DNA of 57,695 nucleotides, the filler included, from Porpidia crustulata (Eukaryota), in assembly GCA_964255105.1 (NCBI GenBank). It is 7 parts of 7 records of this genome, joined end to end, with 100 filler letters (N's around TTAATTAATTAA, not from the genome) between each part and the next. Parts side by side here need not be neighbours in the genome. Positions count along the whole stretch, not along the records: positions 16,546 to 24,716 come from CAXUWE010001160.1; positions 24,817 to 32,981 come from CAXUWE010001161.1; positions 33,082 to 41,226 come from CAXUWE010001162.1; 4 more parts are not named here. One strand, 5' to 3'. Below the pieces are notes generated by a model. The model was not told where the DNA came from and did no database searches. It saw nothing but the letters and a program-made list of their open reading frames with translations. Positions 23,011 through 34,091 of this stretch are shown one piece after another; positions within the stretch are counted from its first letter, which is position 1; every line of letters begins with the position of its first letter. Both the position numbers and the translations under genes were made by a program.

Positions 23011-24495
23011 ATGACTCGACTTCCAAAGTCTCGAAAGCCCAAGCAATCGCGTTTGCAGCAGCAATCAGCATTATTGTCGCTGCCCCCAGAGATTCGAGAT
23101 GAAATCTATCGCTACGTCCTGATCAGCCCCACACCCGTCGATCTCTGGCCCAATGTCTATCACACGGACCTAGGCGGCAACGCGGAATGGGAAGCCCGCA
23201 CCTCCACCTGGTCTGAGAACACTCCTCTGAGACAGCTGCCTTACAAAACCCGGAACCAAGTCATCCTAAATTATGTCCGTAAAGAAATGGGTACGGGGCT
23301 ATTGGGCACATGCCGTCAGGTTTACAACGAGGCAGCCATGTATTTCTGGGCTGATAATCTCTTCCGCTTTAGCGGTCGCAGTGGCTGGCAAGGTCTACTA
23401 CGATTCTTCCTAACGATAGGACCGGCGGCGAGATCGCGGATACGGCGTTTAGACGTCCACGCTCCTATCTACATGCGCTGGCCTGAGAAGAACGGAGAAG
23501 AACGGCATGGAGATGAGAGAGATCTCAATGGGCATTCGAAGAATTTCCCGAAGATGCACATGGCGAAAATCTCTAGCGAAGGTCATCTGGACCGGATAGC
23601 TGTGCAGCGGGTCTGTGCTATCATGGCACAGGACCGAACGCTCGAGGAAATCAACTTCGTTATCCCAGCCGGGTTCCGGAACGGGGACGAAGACTCCTAC
23701 GGTGGCTATACTCATGATCATGACACTGGGGAGGACTCCCACGATCGCTTGCACAAGGTTTCGGGGACGGACTTCATAAAGAAGACGGTGGTGGTGGAAG
23801 CAGGGGGGTACTTGGCTGTGTCAGATGGACCTAAGAAAATTATGGACGAGGGGTGGGACTTGGTGTGCTTGCCAGGTAGTGCTATTTACGAAAAGAATGA
23901 GGGGGATGGGCCGATTGATTACGAGAAGCATCAAGTCTCCGAAAAGAGAACATGGATGTCTACGACACGAGAATGGGACTACCTTCTCGGGCTCAGTATG
24001 ATGTTCCAAACCCCGGAACCGCTCGATGTACACGCAAACGGAGGAAAGCATACTAAATCATCTCTAATTCTAAAAAGAGCGCTGCAGGGATTCGGAGGCT
24101 GTAACTTCGTCGTCGATAACAATTCCGACCTCCGCATCGAAAAGACAATCACCAACCGGTGGACCATCCGCTATACGAGCATCAGTATACAAGCCAACAC
24201 CATCCGACTCGCCGACATCGTGCAGACCTGGACCGCCTCGCGCAAGGAATGGGACTATCTCGCCGGAGTGCCGCAGCTGTTCCGTGATGAAGAAGAGGAT
24301 GCAGTCGTCCAACTGAAAACGGTGAAAAAGGAAAAATTGGCTCGGCAGAGGAAACAAGGAAAGCAGGAGCGCCAGGAGCGCCAGGAGCGCCAGGACATAC
24401 GCAAGAGAGTGGTACGGAAATCAAGGGGTTTGGAAGCGTGGCTGGGGGACCGGATTGGGAGCGGCGAGGGCTCGACCTCGAGGGCGGCAGATTGA
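23011..24495 (+). CDS. Fungal F-box-like hypothetical protein
   Basis: First ATG at 23011; LLSLPPEIRDEIYRYVL and LLGTCRQVYNEAAMYFWADNLFRF motifs, typical of fungal F-box-like proteins. Confidence 0.75.
   Translation: MTRLPKSRKPKQSRLQQQSALLSLPPEIRDEIYRYVLISPTPVDLWPNVYHTDLGGNAEWEARTSTWSENTPLRQLPYKTRNQVILNYVRKEMGTGLLGTCRQVYNEAAMYFWADNLFRFSGRSGWQGLLRFFLTIGPAARSRIRRLDVHAPIYMRWPEKNGEERHGDERDLNGHSKNFPKMHMAKISSEGHLDRIAVQRVCAIMAQDRTLEEINFVIPAGFRNGDEDSYGGYTHDHDTGEDSHDRLHKVSGTDFIKKTVVVEAGGYLAVSDGPKKIMDEGWDLVCLPGSAIYEKNEGDGPIDYEKHQVSEKRTWMSTTREWDYLLGLSMMFQTPEPLDVHANGGKHTKSSLILKRALQGFGGCNFVVDNNSDLRIEKTITNRWTIRYTSISIQANTIRLADIVQTWTASRKEWDYLAGVPQLFRDEEEDAVVQLKTVKKEKLARQRKQGKQERQERQERQDIRKRVVRKSRGLEAWLGDRIGSGEGSTSRAAD
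24364..24390 (+). repeat. 9-bp coding tandem repeat (CAGGAGCGC)x3 encoding QER x3
   Basis: Directly visible. Confidence 0.85.
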
Positions 24496-24716
24496 GAGGA
24501 GCAAGTAAGCCAGTGAAAGAAATCCTAACAAACGACCATTACCCATACATCAACTCCTCCCCCCCCCCTCTACCAGCCGGCAAGAATGTGCAACGGCAGC
24601 ACAGCAAACCCATTTTCACGGCGAATTCCACGCCGAAAAACCCAAAATATATCCAAACCACAGCGCCAGCCGAAAATTCTTCCCAAACGTGGGTAGGTTG
24701 AACTAAAATATCCATC

Positions 24717-24816
24717 NNNNNNNNNNNNNNNNNNNNNNNNNNNNNNNNNNNNNNNNNNNNTTAATTAATTAANNNNNNNNNNNNNNNNNNNNNNNNNNNN
24801 NNNNNNNNNNNNNNNN
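24717..24816. other. Artificial contig spacer
   Basis: N44-TTAATTAATTAA-N44. Confidence 0.98.
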
Positions 24817-25630
24817 GAAGGAAGGGGGCGGAGGGGGATAGACGGATTGATAAACCTTAATGCTTCTCTGCATTCTGCACAATAGAAGACTAGCATGTAT
24901 TCTGTATACTGAACCTCGTCGATATGTGCCGAAGTCATCCGCGAGCATTAGAGTAGATATGACGATGATGTGACTCAGCAAAACGAGACAAGGAAATGTC
25001 GAGGCAGATTGTTTCTGTAGATCTCTCGAGGCGGATGATATTGCCAATTTCCTCGTAGTCTATGTAGTAGATATCCTGAGAAGGCAAATAATAATTTAAA
25101 AGTCATCAAGGAAATCAAATGCGATCCAAAACGACACAACTACTACTTACCTGGCACACGCCTGGCTCGTAAGCCCTAGGAGGCCCCCAACCAAGCGTAC
25201 CAGCTGCCGACATTCTACACAACAATACACCTATGTGACTACCTCGACATAGGCATCGAAAGTGCCTAATTAAATTCCCTGATGCGATTCCTCGAGGAGT
25301 ATGAAGGACAGAAGCATTTGCCGGTTGCCAGCTGAGTCTGGGGTTGCATCCTTAACACGGACAAGATGGGAATCCGAACGTATGGAAATATGCCTGGAAT
25401 GTTTGGTTATAGTATGGGCTCCTCGTGAGCTCATCTGGATTTTGTCTGAATGTGATTTGCTATATTGTTATCACGGTCTAACACTGCCCGGTTGCGGTTG
25501 TAGCTTAGGGATGCAGTACGCATGGGTAGTCATATGCAGGTGAGCGACCGGCTAGAAAATGGAATAACGTCTCCACTTTCCTTTTATTTGTTTCTTCCTC
25601 GTCCAAGAAGCATGCACAGCGTGTCGCAAA

Positions 25631-27629
25631 ATGCCAGTCTCGTTCGGTTCCGTTGGCGACATCATCGCTGTCGGGCTCCTTATCAAAGACCTTGTCAAAT
25701 GCCTCGACGATAGCCGCGGGTCCTCCTCCGAGTTTCAATCAGTCATTCGCGAATTGCATAGTCTCGACCGTGCGCTGCTCGAAGTTGGACTTCTATGTTC
25801 ATCTTACGAAGCGTCACTAGGCCTGGACGCGCATTTGAAGACCGCCCTGGACATTGCAGAACAATGCAAGTCATGCGTTACAGAGTTTCAAAAGCGGGCT
25901 CACAAATACAAACCGAGCCTGCAACCTGGAGGTTCAGGAACAATATTGAGGGATACTGCAATAAAGCTTAAATGGAGCTTATCAGAGAAGGAGCAGCTGC
26001 CAAAATTTCGAGCTGAGATCATGGCGCACTGTCTGTCTCTCAATACGATCCTCGCATTAGCTAGCGTGTAAGTAACGACACGAGCGGTCATCAGTTAAGA
26101 CCTGCTCATTTGCGCAGGAAAGCCATCAAAGTGAGCGATGAGAACCTAGAGCGCGGTTTCAAGCGTGCTAGGTCGGACCACGAGCACTCCATGGCGACGC
26201 AAGGAGCAGTACTCGAGAAAATCCAGGCTTTCTTGCGCGAACTAAACAGCGAGAACCAATCTACCAAGAGAACTATCCAGTCGATTGGTTCGGGAACAAG
26301 TTATTTATAGCAAGCAGGAGCTGAACTGCTTTCCTTCATGCAACGGATCTGGAACACCAACTTGATGACCTACCGGGCAATCGTGAACCTTCAATCATGC
26401 TTGCCACAGCAATTAGAACGATGCTGGACACAGGAACCGGTAATGCTCAAAGACCCACTCGGGAGAAATACGCCGGTTCATCTAGAGTTCATTGAGACGT
26501 GGGAGATGAGTCTAATCTCGTTGAAAGATGGTCTTCGTTGCTAACAAGTATTCCATGCAGGCATTTCAGTCTGTGCTCGAGATGCGGTTCCGTCAATTGC
26601 CAGGGCATAGCAAAATACAACGAAAAGAATATGCTTTACAGGCAAACCGATCTAACCATGAGATCGATAGCGCACTTACTTTTCGCCGCTGGTTTCAGCC
26701 CGGTCAGGATGTCGACATGAGTATGGTGTTTGATAGTTTTCCAACTCCATCAACATCATGTCCAGGTTGCAAATTGATTTATACCGCAACCTCTGCTTCC
26801 AAGGTCAAATGGTAAGCTGTGAATTAGAGTGGTAAAGCTCCTTCGCTGACAGACAAAAGCCCAGGTTGTCACATGTGGTACCAACGTATTGAAGTAGAAA
26901 GGGAACCACCAATCCAGACCCAGCTAGCTGAATGTGCACACACAAAGAATTTTACCGGGAAAAGAAAACGCCAAGCTGAGTCCGAGACTGAAGACGAGCC
27001 GGCAAACTTTTGTCGAGTCCGAATGAACATTTGCAAATCAGATCTCACACAATGTAAGCATTGCAAGAAGAACATCATCAGTGTGTATGCAGAGTCCCAC
27101 CCTCCAGTCTGCCTGCAGAACAAAGAGAGGGTAATCATAAAAAAAAGAAAGAAAAAAGCAACAATGTCCAATTTACCCTTTAGTCAAAGCAAATTTGATG
27201 AGCGACCTTGTCAATAGGCACCGTTACATGTGGTTTGAGTGCTCGTACTGATATGTGGCCCTCAATACAGATCAAGACAAAGTCTCCGATGATGATGAAG
27301 TGACGTACATGACAGATTCAACCGATAAATCTTCTGATAATCCAGTGCATCACCCCTATCATCCGCCCCTGAAATTACGTCAAAGGGACCGCGGAGACAA
27401 CCAGTCAGATCTCTTAGGTCCTGCAGTAGATTCAAGTTTCAAACCGCGCTGCCAGCGTTGCAAAAAGAGAGGGCAGGGCTGCGATCGCCAACGTCCTTGC
27501 ACACGCTGCAAGGACGCAGGACTAGGGGCTGACCAGTGCCTCGGTGAAGATGGGGGAAACGGCCGCAAAACCCAGTCTACAAAAAATGTTTTTGTCAAGG
27601 CTGGTGTTCAGGACCGCGTGGCAAGGTAG
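25631..27629 (+). pseudogene. SesA/HeLo-like N-terminal domain + ubiquitin-like domain + zinc-finger protein, with a nonsense codon and non-GT donor(s)
   Basis: N-terminus MPVSFGSVGDIIAV..RGSSSEFQSVIREL is of the fungal NLR N-terminal type. Ubiquitin-like segment QEPVMLKDPLGR..LEFIETWE|AFQSVLEMRF..PG..FQPGQDVDMSMVF; CPGC..CPGC; C-x2-C-x11-H-x3-C; Zn2Cys6-like 27450-27539. Introns 26068-26117, 26506-26560 (AT..AG), 26812-26859 and ~27198-27270. In-frame TAG at 26308-26310. Confidence 0.72.
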
Positions 27630-28862
27630 CAGAGAGTGCACTCTTACAGTGGGTTTCGTATGCTCCTCTTCTATTGTAGGCCCTACTGAAAGGAAGACGT
27701 ACGGATTTCCAGAGGGTATGGTACAGTCCAAAAGTGAGGGATGGAGTTTTCACGCCATTTCTCTGATTTCTTGAGGGCACAGTGATCGGAGGAATCTAAT
27801 CTTGGGGCATTGTGCTCTCGAGGGTCTTGTCATCCCCTGGACCTTGAGAGCTTGTTCTAGAGACGATGATTAAGAAGTCAAGTTATAGTAAAGACTCATT
27901 GGGGTTTCAAATGCAATCAAAACGACGTCACTATGCCTCTTCATCCAGAAAGATGTACAGTCTAATTCAAGATCAAGTGCTCATTGCAAATAAGATATGT
28001 GACGATTCTACAAATCGCTTCTTTCCAAATTTCGTTTATGATTGCAAAATCTTGTCAGAACGCTTCGTCGACAATTGTCTAATTTCTTAATTTCTTTCAA
28101 TTATTACTCGTCGTTCCTCTCGAATTCTTGATTCCGGCGTGCTGCTCTCAAAAAAATTACTCTTTCTTAATACTTGGGAGGCGGCGACGTCTCGTTGACC
28201 ACGCCATCCTACTTCAGAGTAGTCTAGCTTTCCGGCGGGTTACCGCTAGCCCTTTGGGAGCAGACATCGTAGGTTCGCCACCCTCTGCGCCGTCGCCACA
28301 TAATACCCCTGAGGGAGTCGAGCGGCGACGTCGCGGGAGCGCCAGCATTACAATATTGCAGAATGCAGAATGGGCATCACTACATTTGACGGTTCGGGAT
28401 GACCGTCTAGGAGAGTACACGAGTAGCAAAAGGAACGGGACAGCAAATGTCAATCCCTCGCTCACACCGCCTGATCATCAAGGCTTAAAAGATAGGATAC
28501 AGGTATGCTAGAGTCATGTGCTTGATGATTCTGATTGGGCTCGGGACTTCATTTTCAGTGTTTGTGTCACCATGATGATGTGAATATCTCGGGAAATTCA
28601 TCAGTGAATTTTGATCCGCGTGGGAAGCTCGGAGCGGCTTCTGGGTAGGCAGGTAGGTTCACAGCACATGTGTCTCAGCTATCGAGAGCTTCTACTGGTC
28701 AATATCGCACCTGTATTAAGCATGTTACTCAACTATAAGTACCGATATTCAGGCCTCACTACATCAATCATAAATTGACGTTCTATGTTAGTGACAGTGG
28801 AATTTCGCCTCGTCCTCTTTCCACCATCTTGTTAGCAGACTGTTTTACTCGAACCCCCAACG

Positions 28863-31007
28863 ATGGCGAAATCGATACCATCGCCACGGCGAGATGATAT
28901 CTGCGGCACCCCCTCATTTGAAATCGACGGGAAAGTGAAGGATGAGATACTAGTTGCGATAGGTTACGATGGCTCACGGTTAGACTTAGAGCAGAGACGG
29001 TTTCTCTGGGACTGCGGCTGGCACCTAGAAGATATAGTGCCCAACTTCAATCCTGATGATTACGCCGACAGTCCGCTATTTGAGATCCGCGAGGATGTAA
29101 ATGCGCCGAGCGAAGGGGAGATGACGAAGGAGGAGAGAGAGGCATTGGGCAAACAAGTCGATTACGACGGGTCACGGTTGACATCGGAGCAGCGACGGGC
29201 CCTCTTTCAGAGCTATTGGGCCATGCACTTGAAAATGCTCGGCCTACGATCACCGCAACACTATGGGCACAAATCGCGGTGTCTTTCTCTTTCATAAACC
29301 GCCTGGCCAGGAACTGTAACCTATCTCGAAGCCGAGAGGTTGAAGCGCGGCTACATCGAGCCCGAGAATCTAATGGAGCGACTGCGTAAATTGAAGCCGT
29401 CTGACAGTTTCGAACTTTGCAAGTTCCGCCATCCTCGTATGTCATGGAAAAGCCCTACTCCCTTGGCAGAAAAAGGCTTTGAGAATTTCCCACCTAACCC
29501 TGGCTGGCTAGAAAAGCAGTTGTATGGGGTGTGCGATACGGAAGGACTTATGGGGCGCAAGTCGGCTGCTCAGTATCATCAACAGATATGCAAGTCGGCT
29601 ATTCAGTTTCGTCAAGAAATAAGGGATCGGTGGGTTGTAATTGAATCTGGCATAGAAATGACACCGTTGCCAGACTTGCATTTATTGAGAGATATGGGGC
29701 ATAGTCCGGGTGGAACACTCTTTCCATGGTATCTAGTCAAGGGACTCATGGCGTTGCGCAACAATACCAACGAGACAGGAGACAAATCATACCAGGAAGA
29801 ATATGATAGCGCAGAGGTCAAAAGAGAAGAGGCGATTAATCAGTGGAGGGAGAGAAACCCCGGCTCGATACTGGCGGAAGACGCGATTTCGATTTACGGG
29901 ACTTGGCCCGCGGATCTGATGGATGAGCTGAATGAAATAGACCGGGAGGCAATCCGACGTGGAATGACAAAATACGTGGCCCTTCTTGGACAGGCAGGGA
30001 AGAATATGCAGACGCTGGTCACATTCTGGAGAGATTGCGGGCTTGTTTCCGGACAAAGGACCCCGCCGTCATCCTGGTGGCAAGATCCCAAGGCCAAGGT
30101 GAAGCGGCTGCCCGAATCACACAATATTTGAAGGAACGATTGAGTGCGATCAGCGCAGAATTTGGTAATCGCTCCGACAAAGCTGAAGGGCTACGAATGA
30201 TCGCAACGTCACATTGGGTAGAATCGATGATCAACGGCGATTCTGAGCCTGATGCATTTGATACTCTCCCGCAGTCACTGCTAGATGAACTGGATATCGT
30301 GTGGCAGGATCGGTATTAGCTAGATTATGACGATACCGAAGATGAAATGATCGCCAGAATACGTCAATGGAGAATGTCGAGACATGATCAACGTCTCAAA
30401 GAGGGCCTTCGCACGTCACCGCAGCCTAGGTCCGATTTCAGTCCAAAGGGCCCGGCTCAGATGGCACGTAGTCCAGTATGTTCTAGTCAAAAGAATCTTT
30501 AACGGGACAGCGCCTCAGGTGCAGCTACGACGCCAGAAGAAGCGCTTCAGATCCGAGAGAAACTATCCAGAGGAGCAAGTCGTCGGCCCAAAACAAAGAC
30601 TACGACGGCGGAAAATCAGGCGATCTGGCAGGGTAGACTTCGACCGAGGTATGGCGCCATCAATGCTTCACGAAATAGGCTCCACCAAGTGCAAATACCA
30701 ACAGGAAAGCCTATGGGTATTATGAAACAGTATCGCAGAAAAGCACACAAGGAAAAGCTGCAAATAGCCACGGAGGATCAAGCCACCACCTTTAATACAC
30801 AGAATGCCGGTGAATGGCACGCACCTATGTGACGCAAGTTCTCAATTCAATGAAGCCTCACTCCGATCGACAACCTGCGAGCGTCGCGAGAGCCAGAAGA
30901 CCAAAAAGTGCGAGGCGACAGCCCACGCACCAGACCCAGCACAGTACGACGGCATGCTGTTCAAAAGATCTACAGCACCAAAGGAAGACAGACACGTAGG
31001 CTTATGA
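28863..31007 (+). pseudogene. Degraded hypothetical protein gene with an internal repeat
   Basis: A protein-like reading path crosses TAA 29295-29297, a frameshift near 30120, TAG 30317-30319 and TAA 30500-30502. Duplicated motif YDGSRLxxEQRRxL..W. 3' boundary approximate. Confidence 0.6.
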
Positions 31008-31285
31008 CTGCGCTGAACAATAATTCGTAACCAGGGATTTCTCCATCTCTGTAAGTTATTTTAGAGTGAGACCTGTGCGACCAAGTGACTCTTGCGACTC
31101 CCAATTTTCGACCCATAGCATGAATGAATTTAGATCGCGGAGTTGATTAGAAGTGTGAGTTGAACAATCTATGCTGCGAGCCAAGTGATCTGATAAGTTT
31201 CCGCAAGTGGATGCAGTGGACTCAACCAAACCACTGAAACCAATGACATATGAATACAAGTCCTTAAATCATCACGCAAGTTTGA

Positions 31286-32843
31286 CTAAACTGGTGGACT
31301 CATTCCAGGAGGCTGCTTTTTAGGAGAAGTCTTCTTCAACCGCCGACTCGACGATCCTTCACGCGGGGTTTTCGTTCCAGCTGGGACCGGACTTGTCTGG
31401 TTGGAGCTATGCAATACATCAAGGTTCAGGGCAAGCTCGTCAGCTGAAGTCTCGGATTCTGGATGGGTATGCTCGTTCGATAAGAGTGACACTAAGCTTT
31501 GAGTAGATGAGTAGACTCCTGGGTTTTCCGCACTCAGTGCCTTCGCGTTCGCTGCAGCTATAGAAGCCTTGCGGGTCGCATCCATATACTCCCTGCCGTT
31601 TCTCCATGCGCCAGCTCCTTGTCGGAAAGTATCTGGATTTCCAGTCATAGCATATGAATTAAGTTGGGTCATACGGTATTCGATCGGAATTTTTGGATTC
31701 GTAGATTTCACAGGATGGGTCGTGTACATGTTAAGGAGCCCATTAGAGTGATAAGTTGAAGCGATCGTGTAAGCATTATTGTCAAACGCTGTCTCCGGAT
31801 TCACGTAGGCCCGAAGCTCATGCATTCCTCGGGCACCCAAAGCTCCATCGTACATCGCTTGATTTTTGCTTACGTCTGTAAGCCCTTTGGGATCTTTGCC
31901 CTCAGTGAAGAAATTGGGCAAGCATGGAGCGGCTGTATTTGTCGATGGCACAATGTAAGGCCCCAGTGCTTCCCGAATTCGTCTGTTCAATTCTTCCGGA
32001 CGGCGCCCGTCGTAGCAGTCCGGCTGGGCCTTGACGATAGATCCATCGGTCAGGTCTTTGAGGTTTGTAAATCGAAGGTTCTCCTGTGAAGGGATATCGG
32101 CTGTGCCGGCAATGATGGGAAACGCCTTGCTCATCACTTTATTTTCGGTCAAAGCCTCCCCTTTCTTCTGTTTGAATTCTAGGAACTCTTTACGGGTGAA
32201 ACGCGAGGGCGATAGAGAGGTCCGGGGCTGCGCCAGTCGTCGGTTGATATCTTCTATATTCGCGGGCTCTTGACTTTCTTCATTGTCATCATATCCCTCG
32301 GGATAGATACCGTGATCAATGAGATGTTGTTCGAAAGCGGGATCGTAAGCAGAGGATCGTCTGGTTGAGGAGGATGGATTCGACTCTCTTCCGGTCTTGG
32401 CTCGTTTTCTGGAGCCTGATTGACTTGAATCCATCGTTGAATGAGAAGGAGCTGGCTTTCCAGGGTCCGGGTACTAGATTCTATCAGAAAGGCTACTTAA
32501 TGAAGGGTTGTATCGAGCTTACGCCTCTAAGATCGCCAAGGTTTGGTCCGCCGTGTCTTGCAAAGTGTTTAAGCTTTGCGGGGTTGATATTTTCCTTACC
32601 ATTTGGACAGGGCGGTATTGGGACAGTAGGCCTAAGTGTTCTTCGATCAAGCTCCCGGAGGGTGCGGTGAGTGAGCCATTGCCGAGATAGGTTGTCCCAA
32701 AACGAACTGGGTGTCCGGTGTCGTCGGCTATCTTTGAGCTTTTGTCGTTTGGCAGTGGGCTGCGGTGAGCAATCAGGCTCGGGATCCGCTGCGCTTTGTT
32801 GTCGTTTTCGATTGTAAGGCACTGAAGCTTTTGCTAGGGGCAT
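31286..32843 (-). CDS. Fungal hypothetical protein with putative PD-(D/E)XK nuclease-like domain, 2 exons
   Basis: ATG 32843; intron 32522-32474 restores HFARHGGPNLGDLRG|YP. Motifs FWDNLSRQWLTHRTLRELDRR, AQPDCYDG, LPNFFTEGK and QAMYDGALGARGMH. Confidence 0.78.
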
Positions 32844-32981
32844 TGGACCTTGATAGTTGTGGATGACGCATGTTGAATACCTACCATGTATGTGAATGAT
32901 AAGGGAACAAGGGAGATGCGAAGGTGGATAGGAGTATTCCCGGGCCCGTGCACGTTCCGGTCCCGTGCACACCCCACTTTA

Positions 32982-33081
32982 NNNNNNNNNNNNNNNNNNN
33001 NNNNNNNNNNNNNNNNNNNNNNNNNTTAATTAATTAANNNNNNNNNNNNNNNNNNNNNNNNNNNNNNNNNNNNNNNNNNNN
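32982..33081. other. Artificial contig spacer
   Basis: N44-TTAATTAATTAA-N44. Confidence 0.98.
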
Positions 33082-33135
33082 GGTGAGGATTAGTAACTGG
33101 GCAGTGTAAGTCAAGGTCTAGGTAAAGAGGTTTAC

Positions 33136-33683
33136 CATTTGGATTTGGGGAGGTTTCAGTTGTGTAGAGGAGCTTCATGTTGCTTATGTCGTATAGATAT
33201 ATTTGATCCTCTAGTATCACCACCAGCCGTTTCCGATTCAGTCGAACTGCCAGTACCGTGGTGGGAAATGTGAGCTCGCATATTGTCGATTGTTTCTATA
33301 AGTTCATTGTCTCCAAATCAGCGCGGTCAAGGAAAATCTCGAGGATTATCGAGGGGCACCAGATCGGTAGACCCCAGGCTGATCCCTCTGAGGCTCCAGC
33401 ACGAGGCAAGGGCTCACCTTGGTGTTCGTGATTTGTAACCTCCGCGGTGAAAGTATCAGGGCCACCAACGAGGTGGAGAAGAGCATCTCGAGAAGCGCAA
33501 CATCGCCCAATTTTGTTTCAAAGCATTTCGAGAAAGGATCTGTCGTGTATATTCGAAAACCTTTCGAGGTACCTGAGGCGGATCAATATTAGTCCTAGAG
33601 TCTGAGCTTCTCCAAGAGCGAAAGTACACACCCACAGCCAGGTGACTGTAGTCCTGATTGAATGTTACGAAGTTCATAGACAT
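33136..33683 (-). CDS. ATG18: Autophagy protein 18 (WIPI/PROPPIN), 5' part only
   Basis: [75 protein letters not shown]. Introns 33631-33573 and 33417-33296; the third intron, from 33135, runs into the spacer. Confidence 0.95.
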
Positions 33684-34091
33684 ATTGGGAGCAATAACAG
33701 GATTTGATGCACGCTATATCAGCTCGATAGTGTAAAGTTTCGAGATTGGGGTGTAGACTCCAGGGTCATCGAAGATGAAAAGCGTTCGAAGTTCCCATGG
33801 GCCTTACTTTCATTAGTAGTAGATGGGATCCGAGAAAAGTGTCGACTAATTGGAAATGTTGCCTGGATTTGTGTGCCTGGGTCACTTATGCCTGTGACGG
33901 CGTTGCGCGCGTGCAAAGGGTCCGAGGTGGTCATGAATTGCAGGGTTTCTCAGATAGCGCTAGGCGGCAGGAACCCTATCTTAGCGAGATATCTACGGAT
34001 GAGGAGTACTAAAGCTGTTTCTCTCGTGATGTCTACACGATTAGATCACACCGGCCTCGCATTCTAGCTTATCAAATCCAAAGACTCCAAC

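Noticed and set aside
25144..25155. TACTTACCTGGC resembling the U1 snRNA 5' end
   Set aside because: No U1-70K loop, U1A loop or Sm site follows. It is better explained as the reverse complement of a CAG|GTAAGT splice donor.
32944..32970. CCCGTGCAC direct repeat at a contig end as a transposon terminus
   Set aside because: Only two 9-bp copies, with no matching opposite end and no transposase.
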